Below are positions 51,147 through 64,000 of a stretch of DNA of 64,000 bases, one piece after another. The stretch lies in the NCBI GenBank assembly GCA_031396725.1, contig JANNLH010000198.1, positions 2,685 to 66,684 on the forward strand. Direction: 5' to 3'. Position 1 is the stretch's first letter. Every line of letters starts with the position of its first letter. Source of the stretch: Gemmatimonadaceae bacterium (lineage in GTDB: Bacteria > Gemmatimonadota > Gemmatimonadetes > Gemmatimonadales > Gemmatimonadaceae). A model generated the notes under the pieces. That model saw only the letters and a list, made by a program, of their open reading frames with translations, had not been told where the DNA came from and did no database searches. The translations under genes were made by a program, and so were the position numbers.

Positions 51147-52626
51147 AGTCGCTTGCGCATGCGCGCGGGGAGGACGCCGAGCTGGTCGCGGTACTTGGCG
51201 ACGGTGCGGCGCGCGATCCGCACGCCGTCCCGCTCGAGGATCTCCACGAGCGCCTGGTCGGTCAGCGGACTCTTCGGGTTCTCCTCGCCCACGAGCTTCT
51301 CGATCGTCGCGCGGATGCCGCGCGCCGAGACGTCCTCGCCGTCGCTGCTCTTGATGCCCGACGAGAAGAAGAACTTGAGCGGGAGCACTCCCCGCGGCGT
51401 CTGCGCGAACTTCTCGTTGGTCACGCGCGAGACGGTGGACTCGTGCATCCCGATCGCCTCGGCGACCTCGCGCAGCGTCAGCGGCCGCAGGCCTTGGACG
51501 CCCTTCTCGAAGAACTCGCGCTGCCGGTCGACGATGAAGTGCATCACCTTGAGCATCGTCTGGCGGCGCTGCTCGATCGCCTGGATCAGCCACTGCGCCG
51601 AGTTGAGCCGGCTGGTGATGAACTCCTTGTTCTCCCCCTCGAACTTCTTCTTGTCGCGCGCGATCTCCTGGTAGGCGCGGCTCAGCTTCAGCCGCGGGAG
51701 GTTCGCGTCGTTGATGAACACGAGGTACTCGCCCTCGATCTTCTCGACGATCAGGTCGGGCACGACGTAGTTGTCCCCGCCCTCCGAGTAGGCGCGCCCG
51801 GGCTTGGGGTTGAGTCGTGCGACCTCGTCGGCCGCCTGCTGCACCTGCGCCGGCGTCGCGCCGACCTTCCGCGCGATGTCCACCCACTTGTGCGCGATCA
51901 GCTCGTCGAAGTGTTCGCGCACGAGGCGCTCGGAGAGCGTGCCGAGGAGCCCCGAGTCCTTGAGCTGGAGGCAGAGGCACTCGTGCAGCGTCCGCGCGGC
52001 GATCCCGGGCGGGTCGAGCGCCTGGATGACCGCCAGCATCCGCTCGGCCTCGGCCATCGCGTAGAGGGGCAGCTCCCGCTCGTCCTCGGCCTCCTCGGCG
52101 GCCTTCGAGATCATGTCGTTGATGCCGGCGACGATCTCCTCGAGCGACGCGGAGAGATACCCCTCCTCATTGACGTTGCCGATGAACTCCTCGGCGAGGA
52201 GCTCGTCGCGCTCGTCCAGGTCGAGCAGCCGCATCTGGTCGCGCAGGTGGTCGTCCAGCCCGCGGGTGGCGACGGTCGTCGGCTCATAGTGCTCGCGGTC
52301 GTCCCGCTCCTCGCGCACGCCGCCGACGTCGAAGCCGTTGAGGAGGATCTCCTCCCACTGCGATTCGTCGTCGCTGTCCGCGGCCGCTGGCGTCTCGCCC
52401 GCCTCGGCTTCCTGCTCGGCGTCGGCCTCGGCCGCCGTCTCCTCTCCCTCCTCGGCCTCGTCGTCCTCCTCCTCGACGAGATCCAGGAACGGGTTGACGA
52501 GCAGTTCCTGCTTGAGGTGCTGCTGCAGGTCGAGGAGCGGCATGTACAGCATGTCCATCGCCTGGTACAGGCGCGGATTGACCTTGAGCTCCTGGCCCAT
52601 CCGCATCGACTGATGGAGGCCTGCCT

Positions 52627-52630
<4 letters not shown>
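51143..52630 (-). CDS. rpoN: RNA polymerase sigma-54 factor
   Basis: Gln/Leu region I, 'IEQRRQT', 'PLTLREVAEAIGMHESTVSRV', RpoN box 'ARRTVAKYR'. Confidence 0.97.
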
Positions 52631-53831
<1,201 letters not shown>

Positions 53832-53835
<4 letters not shown>

Positions 53836-55250
53836 GGGCGCCTCGCTGCCGGGGGGCGCGCCGGGGCCTTGCTGCTGTCGGGGCGGACATCCGTGCGCAC
53901 CGGTTCGAGGAAGACCCCCGACGTCTTGCCGAGGACCTCGACCTGTTGCATCTCGCCTGCCTCGAATGCGACCGTGATCACGCGTCCCTTGTTGTAGCTG
54001 ATGTTCGGCGGCCCTTTCCGGCCACCGTCGGTCGCCATCTGATAGAACGAACGCGCACTGCCGGTCGCAACCACGTCCCGCATGCGTGGCTGCGCGGTGC
54101 TGTCGGCGACCGCCACGCTGTCGAAGTGCGCGACGATCGTGTCCCCCGCGATCCAGTCCGGTTCGTCGGTGACGATCCGCGCCGTGTCCGACCGCGAGGT
54201 GGCCATCGCGTCGCCGACCGCATGGATCTCGCGCAGCCGCTGGCCGGGCATCCGGATGTCGAGCGAGTCGGCGTCGATGCGCTGGGCGGGCGCGTCGGCA
54301 CGCGAGCGCCCGCCCCAGGTGAAGACCCGCTCCATGCGCTGCGCCGCGAGCCGCATGTCGATCGTGTCGGCGGTGAGCGTCAGCGAGTCGCTGACCACGC
54401 GCCCCGCGCCCGACGCCAGCACGCGCTCGAGCTGCCGGTCCTTCGACCAGAGGTCGATCAGCGTGCCGTCGAGCGTGAACGACCGTTGGCCGCGCCCCAC
54501 GATCCGCGGCGTGCGCATCAGCCGCGAGTGCTCGGTGCCCTGGTCGAGCGTGGCGGAGTCGCCCGTGGCCCGCATGTCCCAGCGCTCGATGATCACGTTG
54601 CCGGACGCCCAGACCAGCGAGTCGTTCTCCGAGAGCACCGTATTGGCGGTGAGGTCCACCGAGTCGGACACGGCGGCACCCGCCGAATCGCGGCGCACCG
54701 TCGGCGCCGACCCGTCGGCGGTCGGGCTCATCCGCACGAAGGGCCGGCCGGTCGCGACCCAGCGCGACGCGGTGCGGAGGCCGGGCTTGTCGCGGAAGTA
54801 CTCCATCCGCGGGCCCTCGAACCTCGTGCCCGAGGCGGTGGTGCCCCGCACGTTGCCCTCGGCGAGCAGCCGCTCGTCGGCGACGAAGTAGCGCATCGAG
54901 TCCGACCGGATGCGCACGCGGGCCTCGGTGTACCGCACGTTCCGGTAGAGGATGAGGAGCCCCTGGTCCTCGTGATGTTCGGCGCTGTCGGCGTAGAGCC
55001 GGTTCCCCTGCCCCAGGCAGGTCGCGGTGACGCCGCCGCCGATGTACGTGACGCGGCCGCCGGTGCCGGTGGTGTAGAAGCGCGCGAAGGTCGAGTCGTT
55101 GGCGCGCTCGATGCCCCGGACCTCCATGTCGCACGGCTTGCGGTCCCCGCCGCCCGCCGGCCGCTGGGCGGCGAGGCGGCCGGGCACGAGCGAGAGCGCG
55201 GCCAGGAGTGCGGCCGCGGCGCAGGCGAGGGGGGCGAGAGGACGGGGCAC
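53832..55250 (-). CDS. lptA: Long LptA/OstA-like beta-jellyroll periplasmic protein
   Basis: Signal peptide; repeated beta-rich OstA-like segments ('LYADSA', 'LLAEGNV', 'ATGDSA', 'LTADTI'); position between lptC and lptB. Confidence 0.7.
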
Positions 55251-55254
55251 GCGG

Positions 55255-55818
55255 TCAGTTGCCCGGCAGGTCGACGGTGCCGGCGCGCCCGCTCTGGAGC
55301 TTGAACACGTCCACGAAGGTCAGATTGGGATCCGCCCGGAATCCGACGCCGCGGAGCTCCTTGCGGCCCGGCTCGGTGAGCACGAACGCCGAGTCCGACG
55401 TGACCTGGTTCAGGTTCTGGTTGAACCGGATCTGCGAGGTCTTCAGCACCCGGCCGTCCACCGACGTGATCACGACGTCGCCGAACGCTTCCAGCTGCTG
55501 ATTGCGCGTGTCGAAGTTCGCGATGCGGCCGACCATCGTGGCCTCCTTCGCGCCGGTGGCCCCGTAGAAGTCCGCGTTGACCTTGCGCAGCGAGGCCCGG
55601 GTGTTCTGGTCGAGGAAGAGCGCGGTGTCCGCGAAGACCTCGGCGCGCATCACGCCCTTGTCGGTGATGGTCGTGCGGAATCCGAACGCGACCTGCTCCG
55701 CCGAATCGAGGAGCGTGCCGGTGGCGGTCGCGCCGCCGGGCGCGGAGCCGACCTGGGAGCAGGCCCCGACGCCCGCGGCAAGGGCGAGCAGGAGGATCCG
55801 CGCGCTGCGCCGGTTCAT
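55255..55818 (-). CDS. lptC: LPS export periplasmic protein LptC-like
   Basis: Position kdsD-lptC-lptA; 'LEAFGDVVITS.DG..LKT..I.FN......TSD..F'; lipobox-like 'GVGAC'. Confidence 0.75.
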   Translation of the reverse strand: MNRRSARILLLALAAGVGACSQVGSAPGGATATGTLLDSAEQVAFGFRTTITDKGVMRAEVFADTALFLDQNTRASLRKVNADFYGATGAKEATMVGRIANFDTRNQQLEAFGDVVITSVDGRVLKTSQIRFNQNLNQVTSDSAFVLTEPGRKELRGVGFRADPNLTFVDVFKLQSGRAGTVDLPGN

Positions 55819-56801
55819 ACCGCCCCCGCCCGCATCAGGTCGTGCAAGTGCACGACGCCGGCCACGAGCCCGTCGGCCTCGAGCACCGGGAGGGCGACGA
55901 TGCCGTGCGTCTCCATCGTGTGGACGGCGGCGCTGGCCAGTTCCTCGGCGAGCGCGGTCTTGGGGGCGCGCGTCATCACGCGCTCGACGGCGATGGGGAA
56001 GATGTCCGACTCCTGTTCCATCAGCCGTGAGAGGTCCCCGGTCGTGATCACGCCCTGCAACCGTCCCTGCGCCGCGACGATGCAGAGGCCGCGCTTCGCG
56101 GCCAGCTGCACGATCGCCTGCCGCATCGTGGCGCCCGGCGGCAGCACGGGCAGGTCGTCGGCGACCATCACGTCGCGCACGCGGAGCAGGAGCCGTCGCC
56201 CGAGCGCACCGCCGGGATGGAACTTCGCGAAATCCTCGCGCCGGAACCCCTTCTCCTCGAGCAGCGCGACCGCGAGCGCGTCCCCGATGGCGAGGGCGAG
56301 GGTGGTGCTGGTCGTCGGCGCGAGGTCGTGCGGACACGCCTCCTCGCGCACCCATCCGTCGAGTGCGACCGTGCTGTGCTTCGCGAGGGTGGAGGTCCCA
56401 TCCCCCGTGATGGCGATGCACGGTACCCCCAGCCTGGTGAGCTGTTCCAGCAGCGGCAACAGCTCCTGCGTCTCACCGCTCTTCGAGAGGAGCACGGCCA
56501 CATCGTGCGGCGTCACGATGCCGAGGTCGCCATGCACGCTCTCGGTCGGATGCAGGAACATCGCCGGCGTGCCGGTGCTCGTCATCGTCGCCGCGATCTT
56601 CCGCGCGATCAGCCCCGACTTGCCGATCCCGGCCACGATCACCCGTCCGGTGGACTGCTTGATCAGCGCCACCGCGCGCGCGAATTCCTCGCCGAGCCGC
56701 ACGCCCGCTTCGGCCAGCGCTTCGTGCTCGAGGCGGAGCACGCGACGTCCGCGCTCGACGATCCGCTGGGTCACGGCGGCATCCATCCCGTCGGGGCTCA
56801 C
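55815..56801 (-). CDS. kdsD: Arabinose-5-phosphate isomerase (KpsF/GutQ, SIS + CBS domains)
   Basis: 'GIGKSGLIARKIAAT', 'HGDLG', 'SKSGET', 'LAPTTST', 'FHPGGALG'; GTGA overlap. Confidence 0.92.
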   Translation of the reverse strand: MSPDGMDAAVTQRIVERGRRVLRLEHEALAEAGVRLGEEFARAVALIKQSTGRVIVAGIGKSGLIARKIAATMTSTGTPAMFLHPTESVHGDLGIVTPHDVAVLLSKSGETQELLPLLEQLTRLGVPCIAITGDGTSTLAKHSTVALDGWVREEACPHDLAPTTSTTLALAIGDALAVALLEEKGFRREDFAKFHPGGALGRRLLLRVRDVMVADDLPVLPPGATMRQAIVQLAAKRGLCIVAAQGRLQGVITTGDLSRLMEQESDIFPIAVERVMTRAPKTALAEELASAAVHTMETHGIVALPVLEADGLVAGVVHLHDLMRAGAV

Positions 56802-57370
56802 GCCTCCTCCGCACGGCTGGTCACGTACGCCTCGACCTGCGCGTCCCACGCGCCGCGCGCGCGGAGCAGCAGTTCGCAGAACTCGCGCACCGCCCCCGCC
56901 CCGCCCGAGCGCGTGAGGTGCACCGTCGCGGCGCGGCGCGCCTCGGGCGACCCGTTGGCCACGCAGACCGGCAGGCCCACGAGGCGCATCACGCCCAGGT
57001 CCGGCAGATCGTCACCGACGAACGCCACCTCCGACCAGTCGAGCCCTCGCGCCTGGAGCAGCCGTCGCAGGGCCGGCACCTTCCGCGCGTGCCGGTCCTG
57101 CACGAGGTCGTCCACGCGCAGCTCGGCGGCGCGCAGCGCGACGCTCTCCGACTCCCGGCCGGTGATGATCGCCGTCAGCAGTCCCGCCTGCTTCAGCATC
57201 AAGATCCCGAGCCCGTCCTGGATGTCGTAGCGCTTGAGCTCGATGCGCGCGCCCGCACTGTCGCCGAGCACGATGCCGCCGTCGGTCAGTACGCCGTCCA
57301 CGTCGAAGCAGACGAGCTTGATGCGCGCGGCCGTGGCGGCGTCGAGCTGCGGCGGGGCCCCGAGGATCAT
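56798..57370 (-). CDS. kdsC: KDO-8-phosphate phosphatase (HAD)
   Basis: 'FDVDGVLTDG', 'DGLGI', 'ITGR', 'FVGDDLPD', 'GGAGAVRE'. Confidence 0.93.
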   Translation of the reverse strand: MILGAPPQLDAATAARIKLVCFDVDGVLTDGGIVLGDSAGARIELKRYDIQDGLGILMLKQAGLLTAIITGRESESVALRAAELRVDDLVQDRHARKVPALRRLLQARGLDWSEVAFVGDDLPDLGVMRLVGLPVCVANGSPEARRAATVHLTRSGGAGAVREFCELLLRARGAWDAQVEAYVTSRAEEA

Positions 57371-58197
57371 CGGCGGGCCAGCTCCCAGATCGCGATGCAG
57401 CGATCGATGATCGCGTCGAGCTGGTCGAGCGGGATCATGTTGGGGCCGTCGCTCGGCGCGCGGGCGGGATCCGGATGCGTCTCCATGAAGAGCCCGTCCG
57501 CGCCCGCGGCGCAGGCCGCGTACGAGAGTGCCGGGATGTGCTCGCGCGCGCCGCCCGAGGTGCCGCCCTCCCCTCTCCCGGGCTGCTGCACCGAGTGCGT
57601 CGCATCGAAGATCACCGGTGCGTCGCACGCGGCGCGCATCCGCGAGAAGCTGCGCATGTCCACGACCAGGTCCCCGTACCCGAAGAAGGTGCCGCGCTCG
57701 GTCACGGCGACATCGCAGCCGCCTTCCGAGCGGATGAGGGGCGCCGGATACGCGCCGCGGACCTTGCGCACCGCGCCAGCCAGTCCCTCGGGGTGCATCC
57801 ACTGCCCCTTCTTGACGTTCACCGGCTTGCCGGTCGCGCCGGCCGCCTCGAGCAGGTCCGTCTGGCGGCAGAGGAACGCGGGGATCTGGAGCACGTCGGC
57901 GACGAGGGCGGCCTCGGCGCACTGCGACGGGAGGTGCACGTCGGTCAGCACCGGCAGTCCGGTACGTTCCCGCACGCGCATCAGGGCGGCAAGCCCCTCC
58001 TCGAGCCCCGGTCCACGGTGCGCGCCATGGTTCGACCGATTGGCCTTGTCGAAGCTCGCCTTGAAGATGATCCCGCCGGGGACGCGATCGGCGAGGCGCG
58101 CCAGGTGATCCGCCACCCGGAACATCAGGTCGTCATCCTCGACCACGCAGGGGCCTGCGATCAGGAAGAGGCGGTCCCTCGGGAACGTCGCCGGCAT
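57367..58197 (-). CDS. kdsA: KDO-8-phosphate synthase
   Basis: 'IAGPCVVE', 'KASFDKANRS', 'QIPAFLCRQTDL', 'KKGQW', 'ERGTFFGY', 'DATHSVQ'. Confidence 0.96.
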   Translation of the reverse strand: MPATFPRDRLFLIAGPCVVEDDDLMFRVADHLARLADRVPGGIIFKASFDKANRSNHGAHRGPGLEEGLAALMRVRERTGLPVLTDVHLPSQCAEAALVADVLQIPAFLCRQTDLLEAAGATGKPVNVKKGQWMHPEGLAGAVRKVRGAYPAPLIRSEGGCDVAVTERGTFFGYGDLVVDMRSFSRMRAACDAPVIFDATHSVQQPGRGEGGTSGGAREHIPALSYAACAAGADGLFMETHPDPARAPSDGPNMIPLDQLDAIIDRCIAIWELARR

Positions 58198-58198
58198 C

Positions 58199-60639
<2,441 letters not shown>

Positions 60640-60666
60640 TTGCTCACCGTTGGCGGGGGCGCGCGC

Positions 60667-60684
60667 ATGCAAAATCCACGCCAA
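60667..60684 (-). promoter_or_regulatory. Candidate sigma54 (-24/-12) promoter for the kdsB...rpoN operon
   Basis: Minus strand TTGGCGTGGATTTTGCAT: GG-N10-GC spacing with TGGC and TTGCA; about 18-nt leader to the kdsB ATG. Confidence 0.55.
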
Positions 60685-60772
60685 GGGAATCTACGGGGTG
60701 CGCGAGGACCTACAAGAGGGGGTCACAAATCTTTCGGCCGTCGAAGCCGCGCACGGGGCGGATCGGGGCTCT

Positions 60773-60900
60773 ACCGCCAAGACACGAAGGGTTGAAGCAC
60801 TGCAGAAGGGGGCCTGGGGGAACCGCATGCAGCCACGCAGTTTGTGTCGTCACTCCCCCGCCCCCCTCGGCCCCTCTTCTTCCCCTCGTGCCTTCGTGGT
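60773..60900. repeat. ~128-bp long imperfect inverted repeat (REP/MITE-like hairpin)
   Basis: Outer arms 60773-60790 and 60883-60900 pair at 15/18 positions; inner arms GAAGGGGGCC/GGCCCCTCTTC and G6/C6. Confidence 0.6.
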
Positions 60901-60912
60901 GAACGGCCGGAT

Positions 60913-61509
<597 letters not shown>

Positions 61510-61529
61510 CGGCCGGAATCTAGCGGCGA

Positions 61530-62453
61530 TCAGCCGCGCGGATGGAACTGCTTGTGCACCTGGCGCAGGTGCTCGCGGTCGATGTGCGTGTAGATCTGCG
61601 TCGTCGAGATGTCGGCGTGCCCGAGCATCTCCTGCACGGCGCGCAGGTCCGCGCCTCCCTCGAGCAGGTGCGTTGCGAAGGAGTGCCGCAGCGTGTGCGG
61701 CGTCACCAGCTTCCCGATCCCCGCGCGCTCCACGTACTTCCGCAGGATCGTCCAGGCCCCCATTCGCGAGAGGGGTTTGCCGCGCGCGTTCAGGAAGAGC
61801 CGCCCCTCCCCCGCACCCTTCTCCAGCTTCGGCCTGAGCTCGCGGAGGTAGATCCCGACCGCGCCCGCTGCTTGCCGCCCGATCGGCACCAGCCGCTCCT
61901 TCCCGCCCTTGCCGAGCACGCGCACCACCAGTTCGTCGAGCAGGACATCCTTCGTGAACACCCCGATCCACTCGCTCACGCGCAGTCCGGCCCCATAGGC
62001 CAGTTCGAGCATCGCGCGATCGCGGAACGCCAGCGGATTGTCTTCGTCGAGGGTCACTGCGCCGATCAGCCGCCCGACCTCGTCGGCGGTCAGCACCTCC
62101 GGCAGCACGCGCCACTTCTTCGGCGTCTCGAGCCGCTCGCTGGGATCCTTGGTCAGCACCCCATCGGACATCAGGAAGCGGTACCAGGTGCGGATCGCCG
62201 AGACGCCACGGCGGATGCTCGAGGGCGCGAGCCCGAGGTCCTTCAGGTGATAGACGAACTCGCGGAGATGCGCGGCGGAGAGCCCGGCGGGCTCCCCGAC
62301 CCCCTTCGACGTCGCCCACGCGGCGAGCCGGGCGAGGTCGCGTCCGTAGGCCTCGTTGGTGCGCGCACTCGTGCCCTGCTCGAGCGTGAGGTATTCATCG
62401 AATCGCTCGAGCAGGAACCGGCGCGCGACGCCGTCAGGGGTGTTGTCCGGCAT
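61530..62453 (-). CDS. xerD: Tyrosine recombinase XerD-like
   Basis: 'RDRAMLELAYGAGLRVSE', 'GKGGKERLVP', 'PHTLRHSFATHLLEGGADLRAVQEMLGHADISTTQIYTH'; XerC vs XerD by similarity only. Confidence 0.85.
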   Translation of the reverse strand: MPDNTPDGVARRFLLERFDEYLTLEQGTSARTNEAYGRDLARLAAWATSKGVGEPAGLSAAHLREFVYHLKDLGLAPSSIRRGVSAIRTWYRFLMSDGVLTKDPSERLETPKKWRVLPEVLTADEVGRLIGAVTLDEDNPLAFRDRAMLELAYGAGLRVSEWIGVFTKDVLLDELVVRVLGKGGKERLVPIGRQAAGAVGIYLRELRPKLEKGAGEGRLFLNARGKPLSRMGAWTILRKYVERAGIGKLVTPHTLRHSFATHLLEGGADLRAVQEMLGHADISTTQIYTHIDREHLRQVHKQFHPRG

Positions 62454-63114
62454 CGTCGTCGGTGGGCGCCGCCGCGGCCGCACGCTTCGCCTTGCGTTGC
62501 TTCCACCAGCGCCAGGCGACGAACGCGAGCACCGCCGCCACCGCGACCGCGCCGAGGCCGACGTCGCGCGCGACCCGCTCGAGGGTCGCCTTCACCGACG
62601 CCCAGTCGCTGCCGACGTGGAACGCGATCCAAGTGATGCCGCCATACCAGATCGTGGACGCGACCGCGAAGATCGCCATCGTCTCCCAGAGCGGGATGCG
62701 CAGCGCGCCCGCCGCGGCCGGCACCACCGCACGCACGCCGGGCAGGAACCGGCTCACGAAGAGCGCGATCCACCCGTAGCGCTTGTACGCGTCCTCCACC
62801 TTCTGCTCGGCCTCCTCGATCCGGTGCTCGACCTTCGTGAGCCCCATCCGGCCGAGGCGATGGGCGAGCCACTCCGCGCCGTAGCGGCGTCCCACCCACC
62901 ACATCACGAGGGCGCCCAGCAGGCTGCCCGTGGTCACCGCGGCGACCGTGGCCGGGAGTGCGCCACCGGCGCGTGCCGCGAGGAATGCCAATCCGGCCGC
63001 CGCGATGTCGCCCGGCATCAGCGGGAGCACGCCCTCGACGAACGCGGCGCCGAAGATGAGCGCATAAAGGGCGCCCACCGGGACGCCCTGGAGCCAGCCG
63101 AGGATTCCGTCCAC
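62434..63114 (-). CDS. DedA family membrane protein
   Basis: 'FVEG..PLMPGD', 'MWWVGRRYG', 'YGWIALFVSRFLPGVR'. Confidence 0.85.
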   Translation of the reverse strand: MDGILGWLQGVPVGALYALIFGAAFVEGVLPLMPGDIAAAGLAFLAARAGGALPATVAAVTTGSLLGALVMWWVGRRYGAEWLAHRLGRMGLTKVEHRIEEAEQKVEDAYKRYGWIALFVSRFLPGVRAVVPAAAGALRIPLWETMAIFAVASTIWYGGITWIAFHVGSDWASVKATLERVARDVGLGAVAVAAVLAFVAWRWWKQRKAKRAAAAAPTDDDAGQHP

Positions 63115-63119
63115 GGCGA

Positions 63120-63626
63120 CTACCCCTTGGGGGAACGGACGAGGGTGGCCACGGCGATGACGGCGATCCCTTCGCCGCGCCCGATCCACCCCATGCCTTC
63201 GTTGGTCTTCCCCTTCACCATCACCTCGTCCGCCGTGAGCCCGAGCGCCGCGGCCAGGTTCTCGCGCATCGCGGGCCGGTGCGGGCCGATCTTCGGCGTC
63301 TCGGCGATCACCGTGAGGTCGGCCTGCGCCGGTGCCCAGCCCGAGCGCCGCACGCGCGCCACCGCGAGCCGCAGCATCTCGATGCTGTCGCGCCCCGCGT
63401 TCTCCGCGCTCGTATCGGGGAACATCTCGCCGATGTCGCCGAGTCCGGCGCCGCCGAGGAGGGCGTCGGTGAGCGCGTGGCAGACCGCGTCGGCATCGCT
63501 GTGCCCGGTGCAGCGCACAGGCGCGGGGATCAGCACGCCGCCGAGCAGCACGCCGTGGCCCTCGGCGAACCGATGCGAATCGTACCCGATGCCGACGCGG
63601 ATGGCGCTCCCGGACTCGCTGCTCAC
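63120..63626 (-). CDS. ispF: 2-C-methyl-D-erythritol 2,4-cyclodiphosphate synthase
   Basis: 'RVGIGYDSH', 'GHSDADAVCHALTDALLG', 'GDIGEMFP', 'KGKTNEGMG'. Confidence 0.95.
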   Translation of the reverse strand: MSSESGSAIRVGIGYDSHRFAEGHGVLLGGVLIPAPVRCTGHSDADAVCHALTDALLGGAGLGDIGEMFPDTSAENAGRDSIEMLRLAVARVRRSGWAPAQADLTVIAETPKIGPHRPAMRENLAAALGLTADEVMVKGKTNEGMGWIGRGEGIAVIAVATLVRSPKG

Positions 63627-63651
63627 GACCGCTGCTTCCCTGTGCCGCGCG

Positions 63652-64000
63652 TCAGGCGGCGACCGTGGTGGGGGTGGACTCGATCAGCGAGTAGTCCTGG
63701 CGCCGGCGATGCGGCGTGAAGCCCGCCTCGCGGATCAGCTGCTCCATCTCCTCGATGCTCGTGCGATGCGTCGTGTTGGCCGCCGAGACGACGTTCTCCT
63801 CGAGCATCAGCGACCCGAAGTCGTTGCACCCGTAGTGGAGCGCGGTCTGGCCGACCTTCATCCCCATCGTCACCCAGCTCGCCTGGATGTTCGGGATGTT
63901 CTCGAGCACCGTGCGCGCGAAGGCCGTCGTGCGGAGGTACTCCACCGCGTCGGTCTTCTGCATGTGGCTCATCGTCGGCGTGTTCTCGGGCTGGAGCGGC
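63652..64000 (-). CDS. mqnC: Cyclic dehypoxanthine futalosine synthase MqnC-like radical SAM protein, 3' part only
   Basis: 'NIQASWVT', 'GCNDFGSLMLEENVVSAA', C-terminal 'R.QDY'; 5' end outside window, MqnC vs MqnE/CofH paralogue not certain. Confidence 0.75.
   Translation of the reverse strand, partial: PLQPENTPTMSHMQKTDAVEYLRTTAFARTVLENIPNIQASWVTMGMKVGQTALHYGCNDFGSLMLEENVVSAANTTHRTSIEEMEQLIREAGFTPHRRRQDYSLIESTPTTVAA

Noticed and set aside
61530-62453. Phage or island integrase
   Set aside because: Motifs and operon context match housekeeping XerD; there are no att-like repeats or cargo.

Overview
A very GC-rich (roughly 70% by eye) bacterial chromosome segment made almost entirely of core genes. 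Gene order and protein style suggest Gemmatimonadota or a similar diderm lineage; this is inference, not a database result. From 1 to 38.5 kb all genes lie on the + strand: GGDEF 3' end, zinc-ribbon/Pro-rich protein, frameshifted prfB, lysS, lolC/E-lolD, mcsA-mcsB-clpC, bamA-skp-lpxD-lpxC/fabZ-lpxA-(gnnA-like)-lpxB-DUF374-lpxK, gdh, rlmH, bshC, murJ, uvrC, thrC-like, larC, DUF512, der, plsY, gpsA, MerR-HTH, surE, pcm, apt and two exported hypotheticals. An RND pump pair (-), tRNA-Arg(CCT) and a TPR protein (+) follow. At 44051-44078 is a 28-bp XerCD dif-like site. Beyond it every gene is on the - strand: mqnC, ispF, dedA, xerD, trpG/pabA, then a tightly coupled 16.5 kb run kdsB-pyrG-kdsA-kdsC-kdsD-lptC-lptA-lptB-rpoN-glycosyltransferases-YfhO-dapF. 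The window therefore probably spans the replication terminus. No mobile element, CRISPR array or rRNA was seen. The best leads are the dif site with converging gene polarity, an atypical Lpt machine (LptB with a ~148-aa N-terminal extra domain, a 472-aa LptA-like protein, lipoprotein-type LptC), a well-spaced sigma54 promoter in front of the operon containing rpoN itself, a YfhO/GT-C glycosylation module coupled to that operon, a GnnA-like gene in the lipid A cluster, and an McsAB-ClpC arginine-kinase module without ctsR inside an envelope operon. I found no clearly new self-contained system; these are unusual variants and contexts of known machinery.
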